A stretch of 63,864 bases of DNA, counting the filler, from Folioceros fuciformis (Eukaryota): assembly GCA_049999805.1 (NCBI GenBank). It is 4 parts of 4 records of this genome, joined end to end, with 100 filler letters (N's around TTAATTAATTAA, not from the genome) between each part and the next. Parts side by side here need not be neighbours in the genome. Positions count along the whole stretch, not along the records: positions 1 to 17,959 come from JBNGIO010005794.1; positions 18,060 to 38,259 come from JBNGIO010005795.1; 2 more parts are not named here. The stretch is one strand, 5' to 3'. This document shows positions 14,001-27,359 of this stretch, piece after piece. Position 1 is the first letter of the stretch. Each line of letters starts with the position of its first letter. The notes beneath the pieces were generated by a model. It had not been told where the DNA came from. It ran no database searches and was given only the letters and a program-made list of their open reading frames with translations. Both the position numbers and the translations under genes were made by a program.

Positions 14001-15025
14001 TCATGTGTCGTGGCTTGGCAGGGGAACACAGCAGGAAGTTTTCAATGTGATGGGTGCTCTGTATGCAGCAGTGCTATTCCTAGGCGTCAATAATGCATCC
14101 ACTGTGCAACCAGTAGTAGCAGTTGAGCGGGGCGTTTTCACTAGGGAGCGTGCTGCGGGCATGTATTCACCACTTCCATATGCGCTAGCCCAGGTAAATG
14201 CGTTGAGTTTTGGATTCTTTGTATCAAGAATCCCCTGATGTGGCTCTGTACAGAGATTCTCTAATTTGTCTATGGTTGCAGGGGCTCATAGAGATCCCAT
14301 ACATATCTGTCCAGACAGTGATGTACAGCGTCATCACGTACTCTATGATACAATTTGAGTGGACAGCAGGTGAGCACCTGTAGGCTCTAGAGATCTTACG
14401 TTGTGAATCGTGTAAAAGAAACGTGGCATCCCTTTCGGTGAATTGCTCAATAGTTGGCTATTGGAGGTGGCACCAAACTTGTGGAACTGTTGTGATTGTT
14501 GCAGCGAAGTTTTTTTGGTATATGCTTTTCATGGGCGTGACATTCGCGTACTTTACGTTCTACGGCATGATGGCCGTTGGGTTGACAGCTTCACAACAGC
14601 TCGCAGCAGTTGTCTCATCGGCATTCTATTCCATCTGGAATCTTTTTGCAGGCTTCTTGATTCCACGACCTGTGAGAACCGAGTTTGTGTTTTTGTTCAT
14701 TCAAGCGGTCTCTTGACTTTTACACACTTTCTTATGACACGGTTGAATGCAATTGTAGAGGATACCCGGTTGGTGGATTTGGTATTATTGGCTGAGTCCA
14801 GTAGCGTGGACAATATATGGTCTTGCTACATCTCAACTGGGAGACGTTACAAGCACAGTAGAGGATCTACCTGGCTCACCGACCGTCGCTTATTTCTTGG
14901 AGTCGTACTTCGGTTTCAAGCATGACATGTTGGGGGTGTGCGCTGTGGTGCTAGTTGCGTTTGTACTTCTTTTCTGGTTCATATTTGCTTTTGCCATCAA
15001 GTACCTTAACTTCCAAAGACGTTAG
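8071..15025 (+). CDS. ABCG31: Full-size ABCG (PDR) transporter, ABCG31/PDR3-like, about 24 exons
   Basis: [17 protein letters not shown]-terminus; NBD1 [43 protein letters not shown]1 RTRLHPT...[11 protein letters not shown] resembling the AtABCG31 clade; NBD2 [46 protein letters not shown]-terminus YLNFQRR-TAG (15023-15025). GT-AG junctions traced give a continuous frame (first exon 8071-8444, last 14759-15025). Subfamily call is from motif recall. Confidence 0.93.
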
Positions 15026-15177
15026 CTAAAGGGTAAGTAGTTCTATTAAACTTCCCGCCAAATGATCAGTCTTATATCTCTTTCTTTCCTTTGTAGGTAG
15101 CCTTCGTATTTTTGCATATTTTAATGAAGTCTCCTCGTTGTGTGTTTTGGTATGATCTAAAACTCGTATAACCGAGG

Positions 15178-15920
15178 TGTGCAGTCACAAACAAGAACGA
15201 CAAACAAGACCAATGAAGCTGCCGCAGGCGACACATAATTTCCCTTAGAGTTTAGGGCGCAATGATCCATCAAAGGAAAACAAACCTGGGGCCCCTAGAG
15301 CAACCAGGCGACGTCGACAAGCAAGCATAGCAGCGGCCTATCCGGCCTGGAGCACCTCCTGGGCCACATGGAATGTTACAGCCCTGGGAACGATTTAGTG
15401 AGAGAAAAGTTGCTTTCCAGCAACAAGGTTGGCAAGTCAATTTATAAATTATTTCTCGTGATAACCAAACCCGAGTTGCATGGATCCTTTTGTCTCTGGT
15501 GTGAGATCCACCCTTGACTTGATGTGTTAGATCCACCNNNNNNNNNNNNNNNNNNNNNNNNNNNNNNNNNNNNNNNNNNNNNNNNNNNNNNNNNNNNNNN
15601 NNNNNNNNNNNNNNNNNNNNNNNNNNNNNNNNNNNNNAGATCCACCCTTGACTTGATGTGTTAGATCCACCCTTGACTTGATGTGTTAGATCCACCCTTG
15701 ACTTGATGTGTGAGATCCACCCTTGATTTACGAGCACCGTAGAAGGGCTTGCAGACTTACATACTCTATATACAGGAAGCGGAGGCATTTGTACGGACCG
15801 AGAGGAACGACAAGGAAAGGCGTAGATGTTTTACAAAACCACTGTAGAGTCTACGGTCCGTACACTCTTCTTCCATCCCTACGGCGGGGCTTGGGTTGCC
15901 TTCACTCTTGAGGAGGTTCA
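15178..15920 (+). mobile_element. Probable truncated LTR carrying a minisatellite
   Basis: U3-like tandem array followed by TATATA (~15767) and purine-rich R-like sequence; boundaries approximate; no TSD found. Confidence 0.4.
15504..15726. repeat. 25-bp tandem repeat AGATCCACCCTTGACTTGATGTGTT spanning an assembly gap
   Basis: Near-identical head-to-tail units on both sides of the N gap 15538-15637; no unique spacers. Confidence 0.92.
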
Positions 15921-16996
15921 TAAGTTATTTAAAAAGCATATAATAATAAGATATTCAAAATAATAAATGATAATGGATGATTGAGCATCCTAGATGGACA
16001 CTCATGAAATACAAATATGAGATATAGCATATGGTCTAATATTTTTAACCTAATGAACATGATTGCATTGGTATTCCCTGAAAACTGTACCTTCCGATTC
16101 CACTCTACCAAGTATGGTGAACGCCGTTGCTGCCCTGGCTCCTACCCAACTGAGACAAGATGCAAGATTCTAGCTCTCAAAGGTCGACGTTGATGCAAGA
16201 AATTGTGGATGATGTTGATGGCAAACACCGTGCTCTCAACCTCTCCTTTTACAAGTCCTCTTTTGGAGGGCACAACTTTTGTCTCCATGTCTTCCAACAC
16301 CTGAGAGCGTTGAGGTTTCTGGGTTGACCTACATAATGGTGATTTAAGACAGGATGCGTTTTTTTGAGTTGGGCTAGTTCTAAATTGGGTTAGACTAACC
16401 CTCGGTTTATTTTCCTAATCGTAGTTAGCTGAGATCGATGCTGGTTTTGACTGTTGTAAACGGTCAGCCAGTATTAATTATGACATCTATTTGATACAAA
16501 TGTACTTCATTAAACAATGTTATTCACGGAAGGTTACGTTTCAAACTAATCACCAAAGCGGAGTGAGTAATATTTCCAGGGGCACCTACGAGATTGAAGC
16601 CATCTTCTCTGTGCCTAGTGCTGGCAGGAGCTTATGCGTGAGCAACTTTAGGGCGAAGAAGCGCAGCCACCACTTGCGTTCAAGGTGACAAGAGCTAGCA
16701 GCGCTCTAGATTGATGGCATAACGCAACACTAGAAACGGGAATGAGAAGGATGCCTAGAGGATTGGGCATCGTAGAGCTCATTGAGAATATGTGTGGTGA
16801 ATACGACGCCGAAGGTTCTAGCAATCAGAAAATCTAGATCAGTGCACAATTTAGTGCATACAGCAAGAGAAGAAAGCGGATAGCAATTGGGCTCCAGTGC
16901 ACAAGATGGAGAAGGACGCAATGACGAAATAGTTTCTGATGAAGATAGTGGGGATCATCCACATCTTTGTCGACGTAAATTGTTCAGCAGTATTTT

Positions 16997-17788
16997 ATGC
17001 GAAAATGCAACCGGGCAAGCTTCGACACCATCCGGAACAATAAATCTAGATGTAGGAGACACGGTATAGCATCCACACAAAAATCTCGATGCGAGACTTT
17101 GAAGGAGGTGAGTCCTTTGACGAAACGAAGATATGTACCAAAACGACATATCCGTGCAAAGAAATTATACGTTCCTCATTTGATCCAGCGGACTTGGGAA
17201 TCGCAATGTTGCCGCAAAGGTCGCTTGCTGAAGATTGGTAAGAAATGCATGGAGCAATTGAGGTATCGCTTTCTAACATTGGGCAGGGAGCAGCAGGAGC
17301 TGTTTTTGGAAGGCCTGATGGATGAAAAGATAGGCTCAGATGCATTGCCCTGTGTCAACATTTATGTGGTAGGAGAGAAGAAACTCTTGTGTTGTGTTAA
17401 AAGCTTCTGGGTGGGATAGGTACCAAGACTTGAAGAACCGAGTCTTGCAAAATGCTCCTTGGTCTGCAGAATTGCACAGAAAGACAATATCAAGAGAAGA
17501 CCATGTTTTGGAACGCATTGCTTGGATGGATCACTTTTTTAAGCTCACTTCAGAGAGACTTCCTAATGCATCGCTATATCACCTTCCAAACTCGTATACA
17601 AAAGGAGAGATATTTCTAGAGTACAAGCGGGAGGTCTGCAGTGTGGGTCTCATGAACGTGTCTCATTCCCAATTTTGCACTCTATGGAAAATGTATTTCT
17701 CGAAGGTTGAGTAGCCAATTCTCGAAGTGCGTTGAATGTGAAACATTGAAATTGGCGATTGAGAACACTAGCAACCACTTACAACAAG
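16997..17788 (+). mobile_element. Disrupted DNA-transposase remnant resembling Sola/DUF7869-type proteins
   Basis: Two frameshifted ORFs: CCRKGRLLKI...LRYRFLTLGREQQELFL...CCVKSF, then WMDHFF...ERLPN...YHLP...TKGEIFLEY...SHSQFCTLWKMYFSKV, followed by QFSKCVECETLK. The catalytic region is not present in the window. Confidence 0.55.
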
Positions 17789-18003
17789 GTATGTCAATAA
17801 CAACATTTCCTTCCCATTTGTGAAGATTTTTGTGGACTCCACATGCTGAATAGGTCCTTGAAAAATGATAGGATTTCTCTTTTTGGGAATCTCTAAGTGA
17901 ACCCTGTGGTGAAATGGTTAAAAGATTAGGTTAGATTAGTAGCTAGATTAATGGTGAGGNNNNNNNNNNNNNNNNNNNNNNNNNNNNNNNNNNNNNNNNN
18001 NNN

Positions 18004-18015
18004 TTAATTAATTAA
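18004..18015. other. Artificial six-frame-stop scaffold linker TTAATTAATTAA (also 38304-38315 and 61557-61568)
   Basis: Identical 12-mer centred in three 100-base N gaps. Confidence 0.95.
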
Positions 18016-18059
18016 NNNNNNNNNNNNNNNNNNNNNNNNNNNNNNNNNNNNNNNNNNNN

Positions 18060-19081
18060 GTGCTAGAAGTCTAAATAAGTGGCTGGTGACAGCCGGCTAG
18101 GCTAGTTGCCCTATTAAAATAATATTTCTCAAGTTAGAGAGAGGTGAAGTCAGAGAGAGAGAGAGGCTCCTATAAGATCAGGTGAGCCTGTAGGAGGAGG
18201 GAGTCATTCACTTTGGGAGTCAGTCTATCTCTTTGTGAGCTCTTGGAGGTCCTCTCTTCATGAGCTCTTGTGGTCTGTCCCTGCTTGGTTTAGGACTTGC
18301 AGTGTGTTGCCGGCTGTGCAACGTCTGGTAGGATCGCAAGCCGTGTGTTGCCGGCTGTACAGTGTCTGGAAGGATCGCGGGCAGCGTGTTGCCGGCTGTA
18401 CAGTGTCTGGTAGGATCGCGGGCAGCGTGTTGCCGGTTGTATAGTGTCTGGTAGGATCACAAGGTGTAATGACCAGGGTGTAGGGGCTTCCCCCTAGCTC
18501 TTGATTGTAAAGGATGTGTCTTCCTCTCAACCTGTCCACTCTTGTTCCTTGCTTGGTCAAGTGCTGTAGGCCGGCCATGTTTCATGGCGTCCGGTAAGGT
18601 TGTAGGGGGGGAGATATCCAAGAGGGGAGTGTGTTCCCTTCTTCCTTTTGTTTGGGGTTAGTCTAGTGACTCTTGCCGGGTAGGAGGAGTCAGCAGGGAA
18701 GTGTAGAAGGTAGTGGTGTCGTTGCTGGTTGATGGTAGTTGTTGGTGTTGGTGCTGGAGTGAGAGAGTGAGTGAAGTGTGTGAGGGAAGTCGCAGATCTG
18801 AGAGGTTAGAGTCGTTGTAGTGACTGGAGTGAGTTTGTGGGCACCGAGAGAGGTGCAGCTGACCGCCGGACTGCGAGGCCTGTCCTACGCCTGATCGGAG
18901 CTAGAGGGGAGCCCTCGAATCCATCATCGAGTTGATCAAGTCCGACCCTCCATCCACAGCAGCAAGGAACCCCATCGCTCCTTTGTGGGAACGAAACCCA
19001 ATGTCTCAACAACAGTGGGATAAGTGTGGCCACTAAAGGTGGAACCCGTTGGCAATCGGTGCCCGGGGTTTTGCCTCCACA
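18060..19081 (+). mobile_element. LTR (5' part lost in gap) inserted into a copia pre-integrase region
   Basis: TATAA near 18171; ends ...ctccaCA at 19081 abutting host codons PCSSCIL; 3' end resembles that of the 22287-24020 LTR. Confidence 0.7.
18304..18462. repeat. 41-bp tandem repeat, about 4 copies, inside an LTR
   Basis: GTGTTGCCGG starts at 18304, 18345, 18386 and 18427. Confidence 0.9.
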
Positions 19082-22000
19082 ACAGGATACAAGAACTACA
19101 AGGTGCAAGATGTTTAAAACATGGTGGCAAACTCTCACGATAACAAGACGATTTAGACATCAGATCCAGTTTAGACCTATTCACATGACCTAGTCTGGCG
19201 TGCCACACTTGGGCTTGGACATCCAAAGCTGTAAGTAACGCCTTATTCTTGGACTTTTATTTAGATACTAGTTGATAGAGATCATTGACAAGGATAGCTT
19301 TACCAGCATAACTTCCTGGATCTGACAACCAGTAGATGTAACAAGTCTGGTTTTCAAACCTAAAACCATACCTATGGCTTTCTGTAATAGCTTTAATTGA
19401 TAGCAAATTCCTACCCATTTCAAGAACATGAAGGACATCATGAAGATGCACTGTGGAGCCATCAAGCAAAGGTATGTCGGCCTCACCAGTTCCTTTTACC
19501 ACTACACCACGAGAGTCTCCTACAAAAACTGACAAAGATGTCGTCTGTTCGTGAAAGGTGGTGAACATATGCTGATTATTGCAAACATGAGCAGTAGCTC
19601 CTGAGTCAATATACCAGCTTCGAGAGTTCTCAATGGTAGAAGTCAAGCAAACTGCAAGAACTTACTGCTACTTCGAGGAGATTGCTGTCGAGTAGGTAAC
19701 AATTTATGTTCCTTAGTAGAAACATGAGCCTCAGATATTGCATCCTTCTTAGGCTCACCAACCTTCTTTTTCCGGCAGTCTCTTTCCCAGTGCCCAGGGA
19801 TCTGGCACCAGCTGCAACTACCTAGACGCTTAGTGGCTGAAGAAGAAGAGCCAGGAGGAGTAGATAAGTTTTGTCCCTATTTGTTCTTGTTATCCTTCCC
19901 TTTCCAAAGTCCTTTTCCCGTTGCGGCAAAAAGGACTTTCTCACCACGAAGTCTTGAACCTGGATGAGCTCGCTGACGACTCTGCTCCTCTTGCAGGAGG
20001 GCCCGAGCTCATGAGCTCACTGACGACGAGTGATTTCATTCAGATTTAGGGTTGAAGGTTGTCCACTCGCTGCAGCCTTATATGCATCACACAAAGTGGC
20101 AATCTGAATTGAGATAAATGTCTAGAAGGAAGAAGGAAGGCTGGATAATAGTTGAGCAGTCACCTCCACGTCCATGATCTTGGTACCCAACACAACAAGT
20201 TGTGCTCGCAGGTGCCTCAACTTAGTGATATGTGCTCCAACTGGTTCCCCCTCCTTCAGCCTGAGATTGTGAAAGTCATTCCTGACATTAATCAATGTGC
20301 AGATGTTCTGAACCTGGTAAGTCTCAGTAAGCTGATTCCAAACTGCTTTAGCTGAGTCAAAGAAATCAACTTCCGTAACAGTTGTTTCGCCAAGCCATAT
20401 AGCAAAATAGCAGAGGCAACTTTGTTGCCCTTCTTCCATTTTGCTTTCTCATCTGCTGGCGGCTGTATTGTTGCTGTGGCAGGGACCAAGAACGGATTGG
20501 GAATGGAGCCATCCACATATTCCCAAACGTCTCTAGCGTCCAAGTTCACCTTCATACGAGCTTTCCAACTCTCAAATCGAAGTGGCTTTCCATCGAATCG
20601 ATCTTTTTCCTTGAATTCTTCAGAGTAGAGTGATCCTAAAGACGTAGATTGAGAGACCACTCCAGTTGACATAGTAGAGGTACTAAATGTCGTCGATTGT
20701 GCAGGAAGTGATGTAGTAGAATAGAGCTACGAAAAGGGAGAGCTCTTTGAGTCACTGTCTAAATCAAACCAAGACATTACCAACAGAGCTTACAGGAAAT
20801 GAAATGACACTAGCCTAGACGCAAACGGGTAAGTATTCTTTTAAATAAATCATGAGAAAAGTCCCATGAACTTGAAGCGAGAAAACCCTAACTGAAAACT
20901 GACACCGGTTCATTTCCATGTGACAGGTTGCCAAGGCACGTTAGTGTGAAATCAAAGGGGAGACAATGCACCTCACCAATAAGATCCTGGGAATAGAATC
21001 GACACAACAAGCAAATGAGACCTACTATGCACCATCTGTCCAGACACAGGTATCCCTTAAACTACCTCACACCCTTTCAGATCTGAAAACCGTTAAAATG
21101 AGATTCCATTGTGCTGTCACCTTCTCGTGCAGGCACCAGGGAATCAAGTTACAATGCAGCAACTAGTCGAGCTGTAGAGATTGAGGCAGATAGTTGAAGA
21201 ATCTTGCGTTGAGCAACTTGATTCGCCAACGCAGCAACTTCGGTTTGAAGTATCTCAATAGCAGCAAAAATTTGGCCTAGTCTTGATTAGAACTGAGAGA
21301 ACAGCTGAATCATCAGGGTCTCAAGGCTGTTAAATTGCTGAGAAACATTGGCTGAAGAAGAGCATCCAAATAAGTCGTAAAGACTCTCAAATATCTCATT
21401 TTCTTCAAGCTCATATGCCCGCTGATTTCTTATTCTCCTGGGTTGCAGAGAACTTCGACTATGCTGGTTACCAAGCTCCAGACGCCTTGCTGCAACGAGA
21501 CTGGAAAACGAGTGAGGCGAGGCTGCAGGCTGTCTCCTCCTTCTGTCATGGCGTGGGCGTCTTGAAATCCATAATTCATAGTCAAAGGAATCGCTTAGCC
21601 TGGGTGTGTAAAAACCCCTCCCAGCCCTTGGAGAGAAAAGAGCAGTCCTGGAACTGCATCTATTTCCTTTCCCAGACATCTTTAGTGCAGGGCCTAACCT
21701 GAATAGTATCTATCAAACATCTGTAGAATAGTTAGATAGATCATACAAACTAGACTAACGTGTTGTGTGCAGGTTGGTGGCATGGAGATGTCAGCAAATC
21801 TCAACCTTCCCATATTAAGAAGGTTGAGGTTCACTGACACCTCTAATTCTCTAACATCACACTTATTGTCTAGAGATTGTGCAGCGGAAGTCTCAGAGCA
21901 CCGATTGCTCTGATACCATCATACTTTCTATAAGTGTGAAGACATACAAAAAGATACATCTAAGGACCATATGCAAGAAAGCGTATATAGAATAATGTAT

Positions 22001-22096
22001 ATATAAATTATAGCACGGTGTTGTTTTTATAGTCAAAGTATTGCTAACCCTATCAGTTCGTTAATCGAGTTAGATTAACTACAGGTTACTTATACA
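19082..22096 (-). mobile_element. Ty1/copia 5' half (5' LTR, PBS, long leader, gag, CCHC, protease, pre-integrase)
   Basis: PBS gctctgatacca at 21907-21918; LTR 21919-22096; gag EFKEKDRFDG...WEYVDG (from 20672); CSWCQIPGHWERDC knuckle; WYIDSGATAH protease; WHARLGH. Frameshifted. Inserted in the RNase H start of the next element. Confidence 0.9.
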
Positions 22097-25000
22097 ACCT
22101 CTAACAGGGAGTCAGCATCATACGCCCAATCGGCATCTATAAAACCTTGTAGAATGAGTTTAGCCTTGCCACTACTCTTATATATGAGCCCATGTGTCAA
22201 AGTTCCTTTTAAGTATCTGAAAATACGCTTGACGACAACCCAATGAGCCCTACCCGGGTGTTCTAGGATCTGCGACACTATGCTTATGTGGAACGAAAAC
22301 GTTTGGATATCGGTCTAGGAAAGTCTAACTTGGTTTCTTTTTGTTCAAAACAGTTCGAAGGGAGGCATGTGGAAGGTAGGTTTCTGGGCAAGTGCCCATG
22401 GTAGGTAGTGAGCGGCAGGTAAAGGTTTTTATGGATGTTTTTAGTTCTATTTTGGTAGGTTAGGATAAGAAGATATCTACATAGTAGGATGTCTACCTAC
22501 ATACGTAGAGAGAGTACCTATGTGGGGAAAATGGAAGATATCTACGTAGGTAGGGAAGGTACTTATACGGTAGACACCCCACCTACGGCAATGGGGTAGG
22601 CAATCTACCTACAACAATAGGTGGGAACCTACTTACGAGAGGAGGGGTAGGGAACCTACCTACAAAGGGGACATCCTCACCCTACGTAGGGAAGGAACCT
22701 CAAGTTGAAGAACAAGTGGATCTCTTCCCTATAAAAAAACTGCAGGTGGTGGTGAAGGGATGTCCCAAGAGATCCACACAGAGGAAGGTACAGTGGAAGC
22801 TCATGAATCCAAGAAAAGATGGATCCTAATAATGGAGGGGGGCCCAGTAGCTCAACTTTCAGACTCTACCTCCCTTCAGGAGTAGTCCTAGCCACACCTT
22901 TTTGGACAGAGGGTCAACGAATCTTCTATGGCAATGCCGACAGTCCTAATCTTCAATGGCGCGCACTGCCCTAGCAATTATTGGTAGGACTTTGCCTCTT
23001 GGTAGGTGTGCCCAATTAAAGTTGGCGGCGCCTAGTGTGAGAGAAGGGTAGCCCACCACCTATATGTAGGAGAGGGCTCATGTGTTGTTCTCTCCTATAA
23101 GGAGGGGCTACACAAAGAAATGACCACCACATTCTGCACTCTTCTCATGGCAAGTTCTCATGCTTAGCAAAGCGTAGGAATCTCGTTGGCGGCTGTGTGC
23201 TATCATAGCGCTTGGTTGTGACTAGAGTTGCAGTGGTCAAAGTGCTTGGCGGAGGGCTCATATTCTTCCATCCACACCCCTGCAAGTTGCTTCCCTTGTG
23301 AATGGTTGTTGTGTTGCTATAGGTGTGTTGCAATACTTGTTTGACTGTTGGCTTGAGGGTAGACTCTAGGGAAAGACTCCCTTGAAGTTCTCACTAACAG
23401 GCACAAGCACGCAATAACCAGCCCAAGGAAAAACTTGTTGGTCATTGGACGTAGGGAGACGAGTAGTTGGATCGTTGTGGAAGGTGTTGTGAGGAGACTT
23501 GTGAGGAAGGGGGTGTTGGGTGTAGGTAGTTAGAAATTGGTAGGGGGAGGTACTGGGGCCCTTCTAAGTGAAGGAATGGTGCCTTCCTACTGACTGGACG
23601 TGTTGAAGGTACGCGTTAGGGAAGGTTGAATGTCATAGGTGAATGATAAACACAATTGGAGGGAGTTGAGCAGGCTCGGAGAAAAACTTGTCGGTTATTG
23701 GGCGTAGAGAGATAAGTAGCTAGATTGTGAGGATGAGGAAGATGTTGTAGGGAGCCTTGTGAGGAAAAGGTATTGAGTGTAGGAAGGGGGAAACTGGGGT
23801 CCTTCTAAGTGAGGGAATGGTGCCCTCCCATTGTCTAGACATGTTGCAGGATTAGTAGGTACGTGATTGGGACAGTTGACTGTTGTAGGGAATGATAGAC
23901 ATAGCTGACCAGGCTCGGAGGGGAGTGATTCCGGGGAAGCCTATAACAACCGTGGGATTGATGTGGTCACGATACATGTGAGCGGGTGCCTGGTAGGGGT
24001 ACCGTACCCGCTTGCCCACAACTTACGGCATATTGAATATGAGGTCGGGTCCAATAAGCCACAAAAATGAGGCTTCCGACTACATGTCTATATGAATTAT
24101 CTTGCATATCCAGCTGCTCCTTTGGGGTCTGAGCACATTGAAGACTAGTGAGCTTCACGTCCATAGCCGTTGGGGTTGTGGCTAGACGTGCCTCATCCAA
24201 ATGAAATTTGGTCAAAATTTCCTTGATGTACTTGTTTTGATGTATGGCTATCACTCCATCAGCCCTCACCAACTAGATCCCTAAACAAAACTTCAAGTCA
24301 CCAATATCCTTCATTTCAAATTTGTTAGATAAAAGTTGTTTGACATGTTCTAATAGGGTCTTGTCATTTGTGGCTAATACTACGTCATCAACATATAAAG
24401 CCAAAATGACATATGAAGAGCCTTGGGTGAGCATATATACATTGGAATCAGCAGTACTTTGCGCAAAATTAATTTCCAATAAATAAACATGCATGGTAAG
24501 GTACTGTACACTACCAGATTGCTTGAGGCCATAAATACATTTGAGAAGTAATAAAACTGTGTTGGGGTATTTAGAATCAACATACCCCTCAGGTTGTTGC
24601 ATGTAGAGTTCCTCCTCAAGCTTGCCGTACAGATATGTTGTACATACATCCATTTGATGTAGGTATAAATCATGCTCCGTTGCCATAGCAAGTAATATCC
24701 TAATGGATTGAGATCTAACCACGGGGCTGAATGTCTCTTGATAATCTAGGCCTTCAACTTGGGTGAATCCCCTAGCAACGAGTCTAGATTTATAACGTGC
24801 TATCTCTCCTTTTGAGTTGAGCTTGTGCTTGAAAACCCACTTGCAAGATATGGGTTTCCTGCCTAGTGGCAAATCCACTAACTTCCAAGTATTATTTTTT
24901 ATCAAAGATTGATACTCATCCTCTACTGATATGCACCACTTGTCACCATCAGGGCTAGATAGGGCTTGCTTCAAATTGATTGGCTTATCAGGGATGACAG

Positions 25001-27078
25001 CAGCAAGTGATGTGGAAGTGTTGCGGAAATCTATAGACTCATAGGGGGGCTCAATCCACTCGGCTCTAGGTAGTCTTTGGTGGGTGGATCTGCGCAACTC
25101 GAGTTCTGGTGGAGCTTGTACAACCTGTGGCGATCTGACATTTGGCTCTAAAGCAGGTTCATGGTCATTTTGAATGAGGTCAAGAACTGCATCTTCCATA
25201 AGAGGTTCAAGGTCATGTGCAGGGTCATGCTAGATGTCATGTGCATCTAAAATAGGTGCAGGGTTAGCTGGCAACTCATCATCTTGTGGATAGGTAGCAG
25301 GTACCTCATCGGTGTCCTACTCATCATCATGATCAACTAATGGATATGCTCCCTCTGCCGTAGGATGTGCTCCCTCTGCTAAAGTTGCCGATTCACCATG
25401 AGCATAGCTAGGTTCAATGAAAGTGACGCTATGGGCTAAGGTTAGAGAGTGAGTAACCGGATCATAGAGCTTGTATGCCTTGGCAGTCTCATTGTATCCA
25501 ACAAAAACAAGGCCCTTGGCTCTCATGTCAAGCTTCCTCCTCTTTTCGGAAGGGATATAAGCGAATGCCTTAGCTCCAAATACTCGAAGATGAAGTAGGC
25601 CAGGTTTACGCTTCCAAAATACCTCATATGGTGTCCTTCCATGTACAGCACTGGTGAGCACCCGATTAAGAATGTACATTGCAGCAACTACGGCCTCTGC
25701 CCAATACCCTTGAGGGAGACCTACCCAAAGCAACATACTCCTTGTCATTCCTAACAGAGTTTGGTTCTTCTTGCACTCGGCAACTCCGTTTTGTTGTTGA
25801 GTATAGGGTACAATCAGCTAACGTTGAATGCCATGTTGTGCCAGGTACTCATTGAAAGCGGCGTTGACAAATTCCGTCCCATTATCCTTGCGCAGCATTC
25901 TAAGAAGATGACTAGACTGTCTCTCAGCAACAAGCAACCATTCCTGGAAACAAGTGAATGTATCACTCTTCAACTGCATAGGAAAGGTCCATGTATACCT
26001 ACTATAGTCGTCAGTCAAGCAGAAGTAGTAACGAGATCCTCCAAGTGAAGCCTCATATATCTTCCCAAATATATCTGCATGGACCAGCTCCAACACTTGA
26101 GATGCCCTATGTGAAGGTGCATTAGGAAAAGGAGCCTCCTTCTTCTTAGCAAGGATACATGCTTCACAAACTGTAAGGTCCTGGAAGCACTTGGGCAAGG
26201 GTTCTCGAAAACAGTCCTTGTCAAGGGTAAGCTTTGTGTTGTCCGGTAGGATAAAGGTACACCTCCCGTGCCCTCTTATCTGCAATCCAATCTCAGCCCT
26301 CTCATCTCCCAAGAGCACTTTCTCAAATACTTTGAGCAGATGCAGATGTGAAAACTGGTCCTTGTCCATACAAATATGTGTAGTTACTCCTAAATCCAGA
26401 TACCAACTGGTACTATCCCTCGTGGAGCTAGACAGGCAAATAGTATAAATCTTCACTGTAGATTTATCATGGTCACCTCTAGACTTGTCTTTCACTACCA
26501 TGCTAGAAGTAGATTTGTTCTAGCGCTGCAGTTCGCTTGCCTTCTTCTTGCGGCAGTCATGGGGCCCAGTGCCCAGCTATCCCACACCAATTATAGTTCC
26601 CTATCCTTTTAGTGGAAGAAGATCTAGAGTCATTATCACGTTGACCTGATCCTTGAGTCTTCCCTTTATTTTTGTGTGGCTTGAACTTCGCAGCTATCAC
26701 CTTTTCAGTCTTGTGTTTATGTCCACTTGACATAAGCTGCTGACTTTGCTCCTCCTGACACAATGTGCCAATGACATCTTCCAACATCCAGGTGCTAGGT
26801 CCAGCTACAGTGCCAGAAAAATGAATTGGCCCATTTTGTATACTCACAAAATTTTGATAGGATGGTGGAAGGCTGATCAGCAGTTTAGGCAATGGCATCC
26901 TCTTCATCCATAGTAGAACCAAAAGATACCAGGTCTGCTTGTAAATGTTTGAACTTGCTCATAAAAACTGCAACCTTATCAGACTCCTTCATCTTAAGTG
27001 TGAACAGCTCCTGCCTAACAGCACAAAGAGCCATCCGATTACGCACCCGATATGTTTTCTCAAGCTGCGCCTAGATCT
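22097..27078 (-). mobile_element. Degenerate Ty1/copia gag-pol, interrupted by a solo LTR
   Basis: gag C-terminus/CCHC (NWCGIAGHW), WYLDLGVTTH protease, LELVHADI...RKDNGTEF integrase, NNTWKLVDLP...QMDV...LYVDD RT, GFIDADWA RNase H start; several stops and deletions. Confidence 0.92.
22287..24020 (+). mobile_element. Solo LTR (~1.73 kb) with a near-perfect TSD
   Basis: TG...CA termini; GCTTA (22282-22286) and ACTTA (24021-24025); removing it restores host RT RPHIQYAVSIVSQILEHPG; internal duplicated block (~23430-23900). Confidence 0.9.
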
Positions 27079-27259
27079 TGTTAACGCAAGGGAAGGTAAG
27101 CGGGGGTACGACCACGAGCACGAGAGCACACAGCGAGAGGAAAAAGAAAATCGGTTATCTTCATTGAACAGAAAAATGAAATATATACAAAAGTAAGTAT
27201 GTTTGTTGTAACTGATTATGAAACTACTAATGTATATTTAACTAACTCACAAATCACTA
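27079..27259. mobile_element. LTR terminal fragment inserted in copia gag, cut by a gap
   Basis: Abrupt switch from gag codons to TGTTAAC... at 27079; AT-rich LTR-like sequence up to the N gap. Confidence 0.5.
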
Positions 27260-27359
27260 NNNNNNNNNNNNNNNNNNNNNNNNNNNNNNNNNNNNNNNNN
27301 NNNNNNNNNNNNNNNNNNNNNNNNNNNNNNNNNNNNNNNNNNNNNNNNNNNNNNNNNNN

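Noticed and set aside
15504..15726. 25-bp repeats as a CRISPR array
   Set aside because: Head-to-tail with no unique spacers, no cas genes, eukaryotic context. The same applies to the 41-bp and 47-bp arrays.
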